The notes under the pieces were generated by a model, which ran no database searches, was not told the DNA's origin, and saw only the letters and a program-made list of their open reading frames with translations. Position numbers and translations under genes: made by a program. Positions 18,908 to 27,842 of a DNA stretch of 64,000 nt are shown here, one piece after another. The stretch's first letter is position 1. Every line of letters starts with the position of its first letter. Source of the stretch: Candidatus Parcubacteria bacterium (GTDB lineage Bacteria; Patescibacteriota; Minisyncoccia; Phycocordibacterales; Phycocordibacteraceae). Where the stretch lies: NCBI GenBank assembly GCA_034666125.1, contig JAXDML010000010.1:150037-214036 (forward strand), in the 5' to 3' direction.

Positions 18908-18909
18908 TC

Positions 18910-20217
18910 ATGAATCGCCTCTTCCGTAATCTCTTCGCCAGCTTCCTTGCCGTCTTCGCGCGGGCGGTGCTTCGAAAATACAGGCCCACGATCGTCATGG
19001 TGACGGGAAGCGTGGGAAAGACCTCCACCCGCGATGCGATCGCCGCCGCGCTCTCCCCGAGCGCGTACGTACGCGCGAGCATAAAGAGCTACAACAACGA
19101 GTTCGGCGTACCGCTCACCGTCCTCGGCGTCGTGAGCCCGGCGAGGAGCATTCCGGGGTGGCTGCACCTGTTCGGGGAGGCGTTCGCGCTCATCTGGCTG
19201 CCGAACGCGTATCCGAAGATCCTGGTGCTCGAGGTCGGGGCCGATCGTCCCGGAGACCTTGCCCGGGTGCTGCGCATCGCGACGCCGGACGCCGTGACGG
19301 TGACCCGCCTGCCCGATATACCGGTGCACGTGGAAGCGTACGCGACGCCCGACGCCGTGCGCGAGGAGGAGTTCCAGCCGGCCTACGCGCTCCGGCCCGG
19401 CGCGCCGCTCATCCTCTCCTGCGACGACCCGTTCGCGATGAAGCTCGCCGCGCCGCTTTCCGCCCGGAAGACATCCTTCGGCTTTGCGGAGAACTCCGAC
19501 ATAAGGCTCGGCGAACCGCGTCTCATGATGGAGGACGGCTATCCGGTCGGCATGGAGGCGGAAGTGACGATATCGGGAGGGACGGGAAGCGGGAAGCATC
19601 GGCTCACCGTGCGCGGTGCCGTAGGCATCCCGCAGCTCCTCGCTCCGGCGGCTGCGCTCGCGACATCGATCGCGCTCGGTTTCAGCCCCAAGGACGCGTT
19701 CAAAGGGCTCGAAGCGTATACGCCGCCACCGGGACGGGCGCGGCTCCTGCGCGGGAAGGAGGGCAGCATCCTGATAGACGATACGTATAACGCCTCACCG
19801 TCGGCCATGGAGGAAGCGCTCGCTACGCTCGCGCTCGTAGCGTGCGCAGTGCCCGCCGCCCGCCGCGTCGCCGTCCTCGGCGATATGCTCGAGCTCGGCC
19901 GCTACTCCAGGGACGAGCACGAGAAGATCGGGAAGCTCGCACGTGAGCGAGTCGACCTCCTCATCACCGTCGGTCCGCGCGCCCGCGCGATAGCGAACGC
20001 CGCTATCGAAGCCGGCATGCCCGATGAGGCCGTGCAGTCCTTCGAGACGTCGGACGAAGCGGCGCCTCAGGTGACCGCCCGCATCGGAGCGGGGGATATC
20101 GTTCTCGTTAAAGGCTCCCAGAGCGTCCGTACGGAGAAGATCGTCGATGCCCTCCTCGCCGACTACGCCGACCGCGAGCTCCTCGTACGGCAGGATAAGG
20201 ATTGGAAGAGGCGCTAG
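18910..20217 (+). CDS. murF: UDP-N-acetylmuramoyl-tripeptide--D-alanyl-D-alanine ligase MurF
   Basis: Mur ligase P-loop TGSVGKTST and the DDTYNASP motif. Confidence 0.85.
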   Translation: MNRLFRNLFASFLAVFARAVLRKYRPTIVMVTGSVGKTSTRDAIAAALSPSAYVRASIKSYNNEFGVPLTVLGVVSPARSIPGWLHLFGEAFALIWLPNAYPKILVLEVGADRPGDLARVLRIATPDAVTVTRLPDIPVHVEAYATPDAVREEEFQPAYALRPGAPLILSCDDPFAMKLAAPLSARKTSFGFAENSDIRLGEPRLMMEDGYPVGMEAEVTISGGTGSGKHRLTVRGAVGIPQLLAPAAALATSIALGFSPKDAFKGLEAYTPPPGRARLLRGKEGSILIDDTYNASPSAMEEALATLALVACAVPAARRVAVLGDMLELGRYSRDEHEKIGKLARERVDLLITVGPRARAIANAAIEAGMPDEAVQSFETSDEAAPQVTARIGAGDIVLVKGSQSVRTEKIVDALLADYADRELLVRQDKDWKRR

Positions 20218-20259
20218 CGCCCCTCCCTATTTTTTGTTATAAAACCTGGGTCGCCAGAC

Positions 20260-20334
20260 GGCCTCATCGTCTAACGGTTAGGACAGATCCCTCTCACGGA
20301 TCAAATCGGGGTTCGATTCCCCGTGAGGTCACCA
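20260..20334 (+). tRNA. tRNA-Glu (anticodon CTC)
   Basis: Manual cloverleaf: acceptor GGCCTCA/TGAGGTC with one G-U; D-arm GTCT/GGAC; anticodon stem GATCC/GGATC with loop CTCTCAC (U33, CTC, A37); T-arm CGGGG-TTCGATT-CCCCG; encoded CCA. Confidence 0.8.
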
Positions 20335-20400
20335 CAGCAGCTTTATCGGTTCTTGGAAGATGCTCCAACCTATAGGGAACTTGCCAATCTGGACCTTCCT

Positions 20401-21525
20401 ATGCATCATAATCGTATGACCCTCAAATCACGGGCGGAGGTGCTTGTTGCGCGTGCCGGTATCGAGATTGATGGCCCGAATCCCTGGGATCCTCAGGTCC
20501 ATGATGAGCGCTTGTACGGCCGCGTCATCAAGGAGGGGACGCTCGGGCTCGGAGAAGCGTACATGGACGGGTGGTGGGACGTCCCGAAGCTCGACCAATT
20601 CTTCGAACGGGTGCTCGGTGCGGACCTCGATGAGGACCTGACGCCTTTCCAGCAATGGCTCCGTAGCACCTGGCATAAGCTCTACAACTTCCAGTCGCAG
20701 GCGCGTGCCTTTCAGGTGGGGGAGCAGCACTACGATCTCGGGAACGATCTGTACGAAGGCATGCTCGACAAGCGCCTGGTGTACACCTGCGGGTACTGGA
20801 AGGACTCGAAGACGCTCGACGAGGCTCAGGAGGCGAAACTCGACCTCGTGTGCCGGAAGCTGAACTTCAAGCCAGGGGACCGGGTGCTCGACATCGGCTG
20901 CGGATGGGGGAGCTTCACGAAGTACGCGGCTGAGAAATACGGAGTGGAAGCCGTAGGCATCACGGTCTCGAAGGAGCAGGCGGCGCTCGCACGCGAGCTC
21001 TGTGCGGGGCTCCCGGTCGAGATACGGGTGCAGGACTACCGCGACGTCCGCGAACGTTTCGACCACATCGTGTCCCTCGGCATGTTCGAGCACGTGGGCC
21101 GCAAGAATTACCGCGAATACATGGAGGTCGCGCGCCGCTGCCTTAAGGAGGACGGATTGTTCCTGCTGCACACCATAGGCGGAAACCGCTCGTCATCGCC
21201 CCCGGACGCGTGGATGGACAAGTACATCTTTCCGAATGGAGTGGTGCCCTCGCTTAAGGAAATAGCCAGGGCGATCGAAGGCGTATTCATCATGGAAGAC
21301 TGGCACAACTTCGGTTCCAACTATGACAGGACCCTTATGGCATGGCACGCGAACTTCGAACGCTCGTGGCCGGGACTGCGCGACAAGTACGGCGACCGTT
21401 TCAAGCGCATGTGGGATTACTATCTCCTCCAGTGCGCCGGCGTCTTCCGGGCGCGCAAAAACCAGCTCTGGCAGATCGTGCTGTCGCCGAACGGCGTTCC
21501 GGGCGGGTATACGCCCGTACGATAG
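20401..21525 (+). CDS. cfa: Cyclopropane-fatty-acyl-phospholipid synthase
   Basis: SAM-MTase motif VLDIGCGWG and the CFA synthase C-terminus. The ORF as called (20323) overlaps the tRNA; start taken at the in-frame ATG 20401. Confidence 0.85.
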   Translation: MHHNRMTLKSRAEVLVARAGIEIDGPNPWDPQVHDERLYGRVIKEGTLGLGEAYMDGWWDVPKLDQFFERVLGADLDEDLTPFQQWLRSTWHKLYNFQSQARAFQVGEQHYDLGNDLYEGMLDKRLVYTCGYWKDSKTLDEAQEAKLDLVCRKLNFKPGDRVLDIGCGWGSFTKYAAEKYGVEAVGITVSKEQAALARELCAGLPVEIRVQDYRDVRERFDHIVSLGMFEHVGRKNYREYMEVARRCLKEDGLFLLHTIGGNRSSSPPDAWMDKYIFPNGVVPSLKEIARAIEGVFIMEDWHNFGSNYDRTLMAWHANFERSWPGLRDKYGDRFKRMWDYYLLQCAGVFRARKNQLWQIVLSPNGVPGGYTPVR

Positions 21526-21527
21526 CC

Positions 21528-21890
21528 ATGTACGACGATAAGCGCGGTATGGATATGGCGGTACCCGAGCAGATACCCGAAGCCGGCTTCTACTACCACT
21601 ACAAGCACGATCCGGAAGGACCGGAAGAGAACTATGCGTACGAGCTTCTTGCCGTAGGACACCATACCGAAGAAGATTCTCGTCCGGAGGACAAGTTCCT
21701 CGCGGTCTATCGTCCCCTGTACGAGTCGGCACTCGTGTACCGGCTCGGACGCATGTACGACGTGCGTCCCCTCGGCATGTTCATGGAACCGGTCACCCGG
21801 GACGGGAAGGAGCAGCCGCGCTTTTCGCGCGTCACCGATCCGGAACTCATCGGGCGGTTGGAGGAGCGACGCGATCGTATGTATCCCTAG
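21528..21890 (+). CDS. DUF1653 family protein
   Basis: YYHYKHDPEG...YAYELLAVGHHTE...LAVYRPLY pattern typical of DUF1653. The ATG at 21528 immediately follows the cfa stop. Confidence 0.55.
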   Translation: MYDDKRGMDMAVPEQIPEAGFYYHYKHDPEGPEENYAYELLAVGHHTEEDSRPEDKFLAVYRPLYESALVYRLGRMYDVRPLGMFMEPVTRDGKEQPRFSRVTDPELIGRLEERRDRMYP

Positions 21891-22699
21891 AACGACCTCG
21901 TCCAGAGACGGAACGGACCCAATTTCGCGTACGTGCCGATCTTCGTACGCTTGATGGAAAGCGCGAACCCATGCGTGCCGAGCTCCTTCGCGATGCGGGC
22001 GGCGAGCGTGCGCATATACGTGCCCGATCCGCAGGCGACGCGGAGCTTGAGGACGGTGAACTCGCGTTCCGGCATATGCTCGAACAGCACGCGCCAGCCA
22101 GCCCGGATGACATCCTGGCGGAAGTCGGCGCCGAGGGCCTTGCTTGCCTCGTCGCTGCGCGGCACATCCCTGAGCGCGACCGTGATGCGTTCCAGGAGGT
22201 CCGCGGGAGAGTACGTTCTTGTCTTAAGAAGCCTTATGCGATACACGGTCTCGTCGTGCTCGGGCATCCGGATCGTATCGAGCGTCCCTTCGAGCGCGTA
22301 CATAAAAAGCGACTTTCCGCCGACGGTCTTCGAGGAGAAGGCGGGATAGGGAACGCGATGCGTGCCCAGGACGGTGGTGAACGCTTCCCGGACACGCGCC
22401 CGCTCCGGATGCGTCTCCGTGGTGTCGTATGAAGGGATGCCGAGTGCGTCGCCCGTATCGGTCGCAAGGTCGAGGACGATCTCTATCGCGTACTCCTTAT
22501 CCAGTCCCGTATACGATTCCTGTTTCTTGCACTCGTCGCCGAGGAGCACGAGCAGTTTCCCGCTCGCCATGGGATCGAGGCGCCCGGCATATGACGCGAG
22601 CAGGGAAGCGTATGCGGGATTCTCAAGCCGCCATTTCTCCACCGCCTGAAGCGGCGTCTCACCCGGTTCCTTATGGATGACGGCGTAACGGGGTGCCAC
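21887..22699 (-). CDS. truB: tRNA pseudouridine synthase, TruB family
   Basis: HKEPGET...GRLDPMASGKLLVLLG (catalytic Asp in LDP) plus a PUA-like C-terminus. Confidence 0.7.
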   Translation of the reverse strand: MAPRYAVIHKEPGETPLQAVEKWRLENPAYASLLASYAGRLDPMASGKLLVLLGDECKKQESYTGLDKEYAIEIVLDLATDTGDALGIPSYDTTETHPERARVREAFTTVLGTHRVPYPAFSSKTVGGKSLFMYALEGTLDTIRMPEHDETVYRIRLLKTRTYSPADLLERITVALRDVPRSDEASKALGADFRQDVIRAGWRVLFEHMPEREFTVLKLRVACGSGTYMRTLAARIAKELGTHGFALSIKRTKIGTYAKLGPFRLWTRSF

Positions 22700-23154
22700 T
22701 AGGAAAGCAGGGAATCCACCACCTCTTTCACCGCGCCGCCGTCCGCCTTGCCCTTGAGCTCCTGCATGACCGCACCCGTGAGCTTTCCGGCTCCGGACTT
22801 GTCCGTAACTCCGAGAGCGGCGATCTTTGCCTTCACCACCGCCTCTATCTCCTCACGCGGCATCTGGGCAGGAAGAAGCTCCTCGATGATGGAGAGCTCG
22901 ATCTTCTCTGTTTCAGCAAGTTCCGGACGGCCGCCGTTCTCGTACTGCTGAATGGAGTCCTTCCGCTGGTTAGAAGCCCGCTTAATGACGGCAAGCGCTT
23001 CTTCGTCGGTGAGGAACTCGTCGGGCTTGCGCTTCTTCGCGACGACCTCGTTGGTCATCATGGTGACGAGGGAGCGGTACGTGGTGAGGCGGACGGTATC
23101 CTTGGCGCGCATAGCGTCCGGGATGCCGGCCTTGATGGTTTCGTGAATGGTCAT
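22699..23154 (-). CDS. GatB/YqeY domain protein
   Basis: 151 aa with YqeY-type repeat pattern (MRAKDTVRLTTYRSL..; ..KAKIAALGVTDKSGAGKLTGAVMQELKGKADG). Confidence 0.75.
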   Translation of the reverse strand: MTIHETIKAGIPDAMRAKDTVRLTTYRSLVTMMTNEVVAKKRKPDEFLTDEEALAVIKRASNQRKDSIQQYENGGRPELAETEKIELSIIEELLPAQMPREEIEAVVKAKIAALGVTDKSGAGKLTGAVMQELKGKADGGAVKEVVDSLLS

Positions 23155-23188
23155 GATGGAGCGATTTTAGCACGGGAAATAGTCGCGT

Positions 23189-23194
23189 TATAAT
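23189..23194 (+). promoter_or_regulatory. -10 TATAAT 7 nt upstream of the rmuC ATG (leaderless-type)
   Basis: gcgtTATAATaagcgatATG. Confidence 0.4.
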
Positions 23195-23201
23195 AAGCGA
23201 T

Positions 23202-24263
23202 ATGGACCCGCTCGTCATAGCCATCATCGTGCTGACGCTTATCTTTTTCCAGACGCTCGGCCTCTGGTTCATCCTCAAGCGACAGGGGAAGTTACGAGAA
23301 GCGCCTCAGGACAGCGACAGCGGCCTTATGCTCCTCCAGAAGCAGATTCAGAACATGGAGTCGGCGCTCGACTCCCGTATGAACGAGTCCTCTCGCAATG
23401 TGAACGAGACCATGCGCTCGCAGCTCGGCGAGTCGGCGAAGCTTATCCGCGAGATCACGGCCGAGATCACGAGCGTGAAGGAGATAGGGCGCGAGACCGG
23501 AAAGTTCGCTGAGCAGTTGAAGTCCCTCCAGGACATCCTGAAGAACCCGAAGCAGCGCGGCATCCTGGGCGAGTACTACCTCGAGACCGTCCTCAAGAAC
23601 GTGCTCCCGCCCGGCATGTACCAGATGCAGTACCCGTTCCCGAACGGGGAGATCGTTGACGCCGCGGTTTTCGTGAACGATAAGATCGTGCCGATCGACT
23701 CGAAGTTTTCATTAGATAACTACAACCGCCTCGTGCACGCCGAAGGTCCGGAGCGCGCGGTCCTCGAGAAAGCCTTCGTGAACGACCTGAAGCTCCGCAT
23801 CACCGAGACCGCGAAATACATCCGACCGGAGGAAGGCACGATGGACTTCGCCTTCATGTTCATTCCTTCCGAAGGCATCTACTACGACCTCCTCACCAAC
23901 CAGGTGGGCGCAGGGGAGGACGAGAACCTCATCCAGCGCGCGGCCGGGAAGCACAAGGTCATCATCGTCTCGCCGACCTCCTTCCTCGCCTACCTTCAAA
24001 CGGTCATGCAGGGGCTGAAAGCGCTGCAGATCGAGAAGCAGGCCGAGGAGATACAGAAACGCGTGGGGGAACTCGGGAAGCACCTGACCAGCTACGAGGA
24101 CTACTATAAGAAGCTCGGGAATGCGCTCGGTACCGCGGTCTCCCACTACAACAGCGGATACAAGGAGCTCGGAAAGGTGGAGAAGGACGTATATCGCATC
24201 GCGAAGGAGAAGATGGAGCTCGATGTGGAGTTGCTCGAGAAGCCGGGAATGCGGGAAGAATAA
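23202..24263 (+). CDS. rmuC: DNA recombination protein RmuC
   Basis: N-terminal TM, long coiled-coil, and the RmuC nuclease-like C-terminus (..MDFAFMFIPSEGIYYDLL..). Confidence 0.85.
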   Translation: MDPLVIAIIVLTLIFFQTLGLWFILKRQGKLREAPQDSDSGLMLLQKQIQNMESALDSRMNESSRNVNETMRSQLGESAKLIREITAEITSVKEIGRETGKFAEQLKSLQDILKNPKQRGILGEYYLETVLKNVLPPGMYQMQYPFPNGEIVDAAVFVNDKIVPIDSKFSLDNYNRLVHAEGPERAVLEKAFVNDLKLRITETAKYIRPEEGTMDFAFMFIPSEGIYYDLLTNQVGAGEDENLIQRAAGKHKVIIVSPTSFLAYLQTVMQGLKALQIEKQAEEIQKRVGELGKHLTSYEDYYKKLGNALGTAVSHYNSGYKELGKVEKDVYRIAKEKMELDVELLEKPGMREE

Positions 24264-24296
24264 AAAAACGCCGCCCCCTTTCGGAAGCGGCGCGAC
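24262..24296. terminator. Bidirectional terminator between rmuC (+) and the OMP gene (-)
   Basis: AAAAAAACGCCGC-cccctttcggaa-GCGGCG hairpin flanked by A and T runs. Confidence 0.55.
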
Positions 24297-24313
24297 ACCG
24301 GATTGGCGTCAGG

Positions 24314-25198
24314 CTAGAAGCGGACTTGGAACCTGGCCAGGATCTCGCCGCGGGAGGTCACGTCCCCGATCAGCTGGAACCGGTCGTGGTTGAACCGAAC
24401 GCCGACCGTCGCGAGGAACGGATCCTCGGCGCCGTGCTGATAGTCGAGCTGCACGTGCGGCTCGACCCCGTTCCCCACCCGGTAGCTGTAGAACGCAAAC
24501 CCGCCGGTGACGGGCCGATCGCCGAAGGTCTTGTAGACGGCCGCGTTCAGCAGGTGGCGTTCGGTCGGCCGCCAGGTGACGTCGCCAGCGAAGCGCTGAA
24601 AGTCGCCCGACACCTGGTAGGTGCCGCCGACCTGCAGCCTCTCGTTCACGTCGTAGGTGAGCCGGCCGGAGCTTTCGATCCCATTGAAGCTTTTGCTTTC
24701 GTTGAAGCGGGAGCGGCTGTTGGCGGTGACGTCCGCGACCAGGTTCACGCCGTCGCCGACGCGCGCCTGGATCTGCACCCCCCACGCGAAAGCGGAGAAG
24801 GGTGTCCGCATGTAATCGGCGGTTCGGAGCAGGAACGGGGGCGGCGTGACCATCGGCGCGGCCAGGAACAGGCGGCCGGCCCGGACGGTCACGTTCTCGG
24901 AAGGCGTGTAGGTCACGTAGGCCTGCCGGAGCCAATTCTGGTCGCCGTCCAGGCCGCGGGTCACGTCGAACTCGACAAAGGCGTCAAACGGCGTTTCGGT
25001 CTCGACGGTGACCCGGAGGCGCGCCATGCTGAGCAGCTCGTCCTCGCGGTCGGTGCCGATGGTGGTCCACGTCCAGCCGTGAGGCCTGATGTCGATGCTG
25101 CCGACCTCGATCGTCGGGATGACGGGATCCGGATTCTGGGCGTTCGCGGTCGAAGCGAGTCCGAACGCGAACAAGGGCGCAAGTAACAAGGTCCTCAT
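24314..25198 (-). CDS. Outer-membrane beta-barrel protein (porin-like) with signal peptide
   Basis: Start taken at MRTLLLAPLFAFGLASTANAQ (cleavable signal peptide). Alternating amphipathic beta-strand pattern and a C-terminal ...FQVRF aromatic terminus typical of OMPs. The upstream GTG-extended ORF and the antisense ORF 24326..25186 are rejected. Confidence 0.5.
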   Translation of the reverse strand: MRTLLLAPLFAFGLASTANAQNPDPVIPTIEVGSIDIRPHGWTWTTIGTDREDELLSMARLRVTVETETPFDAFVEFDVTRGLDGDQNWLRQAYVTYTPSENVTVRAGRLFLAAPMVTPPPFLLRTADYMRTPFSAFAWGVQIQARVGDGVNLVADVTANSRSRFNESKSFNGIESSGRLTYDVNERLQVGGTYQVSGDFQRFAGDVTWRPTERHLLNAAVYKTFGDRPVTGGFAFYSYRVGNGVEPHVQLDYQHGAEDPFLATVGVRFNHDRFQLIGDVTSRGEILARFQVRF

Positions 25199-25347
25199 GG
25201 GTTCTCTCCCCCAAGGGTGGACGTCTGAAGACGTGAAGAGCGGATGCCCTCTAAAATGAATTATATACACAATTTTTACGTCTTGTCAAGGATGCATCGT
25301 GGCCAGGCATTGCTTTTATGCAAAGAAACCCGTAAGATAGCCCCTAT

Positions 25348-25680
25348 ATGGAATTCGCGGTCATCAAGACGGGCGGGAAGCAGTACGTCGTCGCCCCGGG
25401 CGATGTCGTCACCATCGAGAAGCTCGGCAGCCGCTCGAAAACCGAACCCCTCAAGAAAGGGGACTCCGTGACCTTCTCCGAGGTGCTTCTCGTCGATAAC
25501 GGCAAGGATACGACCATCGGCGTTCCCACCATCTCCGGTGCCGCAGTCATGGGGACCGTACAGGTCGTCGGCCGCGCCCCTAAGGTCGAGGTCGTGAAGT
25601 ACAAGGCCAAGAGCCGGTACCTGAAGCGACGCGGCCACCGCCAGCCGTACATCAAAGTGAAGATCGACAAGATCAAGTAG
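25348..25680 (+). CDS. rplU: 50S ribosomal protein L21
   Basis: MEFAVIKTGGKQYVVAPGDVV.. matches the conserved L21 N-terminus. Confidence 0.9.
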   Translation: MEFAVIKTGGKQYVVAPGDVVTIEKLGSRSKTEPLKKGDSVTFSEVLLVDNGKDTTIGVPTISGAAVMGTVQVVGRAPKVEVVKYKAKSRYLKRRGHRQPYIKVKIDKIK

Positions 25681-25706
25681 AAACCGTCCCGAAAGGACGG
25701 TTTCTT
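25681..25706 (+). terminator. Rho-independent terminator after rplU
   Basis: AAACCGTCC-cgaaa-GGACGGTTTCTTG. Confidence 0.7.
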
Positions 25707-25726
25707 GCTGTGCTACCCTATATCCC

Positions 25727-26695
25727 ATGCCAAATCCTGAATTTCTCCAACCGAATCCCACAGGAAAGCCCCCGGTTCCGCCAGTCCTTGCTTCAGTCGA
25801 CGATTTCCTCGACAGTCAGGAGATATACACGCGCTTGAAGCGTCTTCCTCCGGAACTTCGTGCCCGGCACCTGGAGCGGATAACGATTATGGAAGAAGCA
25901 GAAGATGCGGACGACATTGCCATCGTCGCCTACCTCGACGGCATCCTCGAAAAGCGCAAGGAGGCCATGCAGGAGTCAGTAGTGAGCGACCCTTCCATAC
26001 AGGAATACTTCGGACGGCACGCCGAGGAGATCTGGAAGGAGATCGAGACGGATGTCTTTAACGATGCCGACTCGCTCCTTGGCCGCGGACAGACCGCTCG
26101 CGTCATGCGCTACGAGCTTGACAACCCGAGCGAAGACTTCTCAGCCAAGTTCGCGGTCAAGTACCTCGTCACGCCCTCCGAGAAGACCCTCTCGGCAAGC
26201 GGTGAGCATGACCTCCTTATGGAAGTCGAGCGGATAGAGCAGATCGAGCGGGCCGAGGCAATGCGCGCCGACGAGGTAAAGCATTTCCGCGTCCCACATC
26301 CTTACTTCCACCACCAGCGGGGCGAGCTCCAGTGCTATGGAATGGAACTTGTCGATGGACTCGACCTTCAGCAATATGTCGACGGAAAGGGCGATGAAAA
26401 AACGCGCTCTGATATCAGAGCAGCGCTTCACGGCATTAACCGTGAAGCGCTTTTCCGCGAAGTTGATATTTTTTTCAGTGTCATGCATACCATCTGCCTC
26501 CATGGCGACATGCTGAAATTGGGTAACCTGATGGTCAATCGCGAAGGGCGTTTCTATGTCATCGACTTCGGCCAATCCGTACTTGCGAACGATATCGACG
26601 AGAAGTCGCAGGAAAGCTTCGGGAACCTCAAAGAGGATGAGATCCGGAATACCAAACTCCTCCTTACGCAGTTCCTGAACGCCCTCGAAGCCTAA
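25727..26695 (+). CDS. Eukaryotic-like protein kinase-fold protein
   Basis: Gly-loop/VAIK-like (GRGQTARV..FAVKYL), catalytic loop HGDMLKLGNLMV, and a DFG motif (VIDFGQS). Local GC is lower than flanks. Confidence 0.6.
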   Translation: MPNPEFLQPNPTGKPPVPPVLASVDDFLDSQEIYTRLKRLPPELRARHLERITIMEEAEDADDIAIVAYLDGILEKRKEAMQESVVSDPSIQEYFGRHAEEIWKEIETDVFNDADSLLGRGQTARVMRYELDNPSEDFSAKFAVKYLVTPSEKTLSASGEHDLLMEVERIEQIERAEAMRADEVKHFRVPHPYFHHQRGELQCYGMELVDGLDLQQYVDGKGDEKTRSDIRAALHGINREALFREVDIFFSVMHTICLHGDMLKLGNLMVNREGRFYVIDFGQSVLANDIDEKSQESFGNLKEDEIRNTKLLLTQFLNALEA

Positions 26696-27291
26696 GTCTC
26701 CTTGCGATTCTGTAAGGCCGCCGAGAGGGTGGTGGAGTCGGCGTACTCGAGCTCGGAACCGGTGGCGAGGCCGCGGCCGAGCGCGTAGAAGCGTAGATGG
26801 CCGCGCAGCGGCTGCAGGAGCCCCCGGATGTGGTCGGCGGTGTGTTCGCCCTCGCTCGTCGCGGACAGCGCGAGCACGATCTCCGTGAGAACGCCCTGAG
26901 CGCCTTTTTCCACCCGGTTCACTAATTCTTTTTCACGTATCGCGCCTTTGCCGGAAAGGGTGAGGGAGCCGCCGAGCACGAAATACCGGCCCTTGTAGCT
27001 TCCGGAGCGCTCGACCGCGAGGAGATCCTGGTCTTTCTCGACGAGCATAAGCTGGGCGTCGTCGCGCGACGGATCGCTGCAGTACGTGCACATGGCGGCC
27101 TTGCCGCTCCAGAAGCGCATGCATTCGGAACACTGCCTGACGTCCTCAGAGAGGCGGGAGATAAGCTCGGAGAGCTTCGAGCGGTCGCTCTGCGTGCGTG
27201 CAAGGAGATAGTACACGAAGCGCTTCGCCTGCCGCGGCCCGATGCCCGGAAAACGCTCGAAGGCGTGCGCAAGATCCTCGACTCTATCCAT
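26692..27291 (-). CDS. recR: Recombination protein RecR
   Basis: Start at MDRVEDLAHAFERFPGIGPRQAKRF (HhH), C4 zinc finger CSEC..CTYC, and a Toprim domain. The long N-terminal extension of ORF 26692..27687 is rejected. Confidence 0.85.
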   Translation of the reverse strand: MDRVEDLAHAFERFPGIGPRQAKRFVYYLLARTQSDRSKLSELISRLSEDVRQCSECMRFWSGKAAMCTYCSDPSRDDAQLMLVEKDQDLLAVERSGSYKGRYFVLGGSLTLSGKGAIREKELVNRVEKGAQGVLTEIVLALSATSEGEHTADHIRGLLQPLRGHLRFYALGRGLATGSELEYADSTTLSAALQNRKET

Positions 27292-27354
27292 ATCATTAAC
27301 AATACTAAGCCGTACAAGGTATGTCCAAGTCCCGTTGTCTGAAGGACTTGACAA

Positions 27355-27369
27355 CGGGGGGGGGGGGGG
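27355..27369. repeat. Homopolymeric G tract (15 nt) in a divergent promoter region, preceded by a 9-bp hairpin
   Basis: Direct read: caac-GGGGGGGGGGGGGGG-tacat. It lies between the recR start (27291, -) and ORF 27421 (+). The hairpin CCCGTTGTC...GACAACGGG sits immediately 5' of it. Confidence 0.9.
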
Positions 27370-27420
27370 TACATTCGATGTGGACGAAGTGTCCGAGCCA
27401 ATAACCTGGGGAGACCTGAG

Positions 27421-27747
27421 ATGAGCCTGCAACCGATGCCGCTTCCGCCAACCGCCCTCGAGCCTTCGGGCATCAACGACATCATGGTCGCGCTCGAGCG
27501 CATCGAGCCGGGCCAGCTCGTCGTCTACCATCGCGGTCGCCTCGCCGTCGATCGCATCGACGACGAGAGGCTCGAGCCCGAAGAGAGGGGGCATCGCAGG
27601 GAAATCGCCCTGATCGCTACGCGCGCCCACGAGATGGCAACCGAGGACCGTCCGCGGATTCACCTGACGCAATTCAGGATGGATCACGGCAACTTCGCCT
27701 ATGTCGCCACCGGCGCGGCGGGATGCGATCGCCGCCTCTACAACTAG
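27421..27747 (+). CDS. Hypothetical protein (weak call)
   Basis: 108-aa ORF in the high-GC background with no recognisable motifs. Confidence 0.25.
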   Translation: MSLQPMPLPPTALEPSGINDIMVALERIEPGQLVVYHRGRLAVDRIDDERLEPEERGHRREIALIATRAHEMATEDRPRIHLTQFRMDHGNFAYVATGAAGCDRRLYN

Positions 27748-27842
27748 ACGCCAAGGTTTCCGGGGAGCTACCTTCGAACGCTCCCCACAGCACCGCCACG
27801 GATTCTACATCGTGGCGGTCTACTTTTATACTTTGTAATCAA

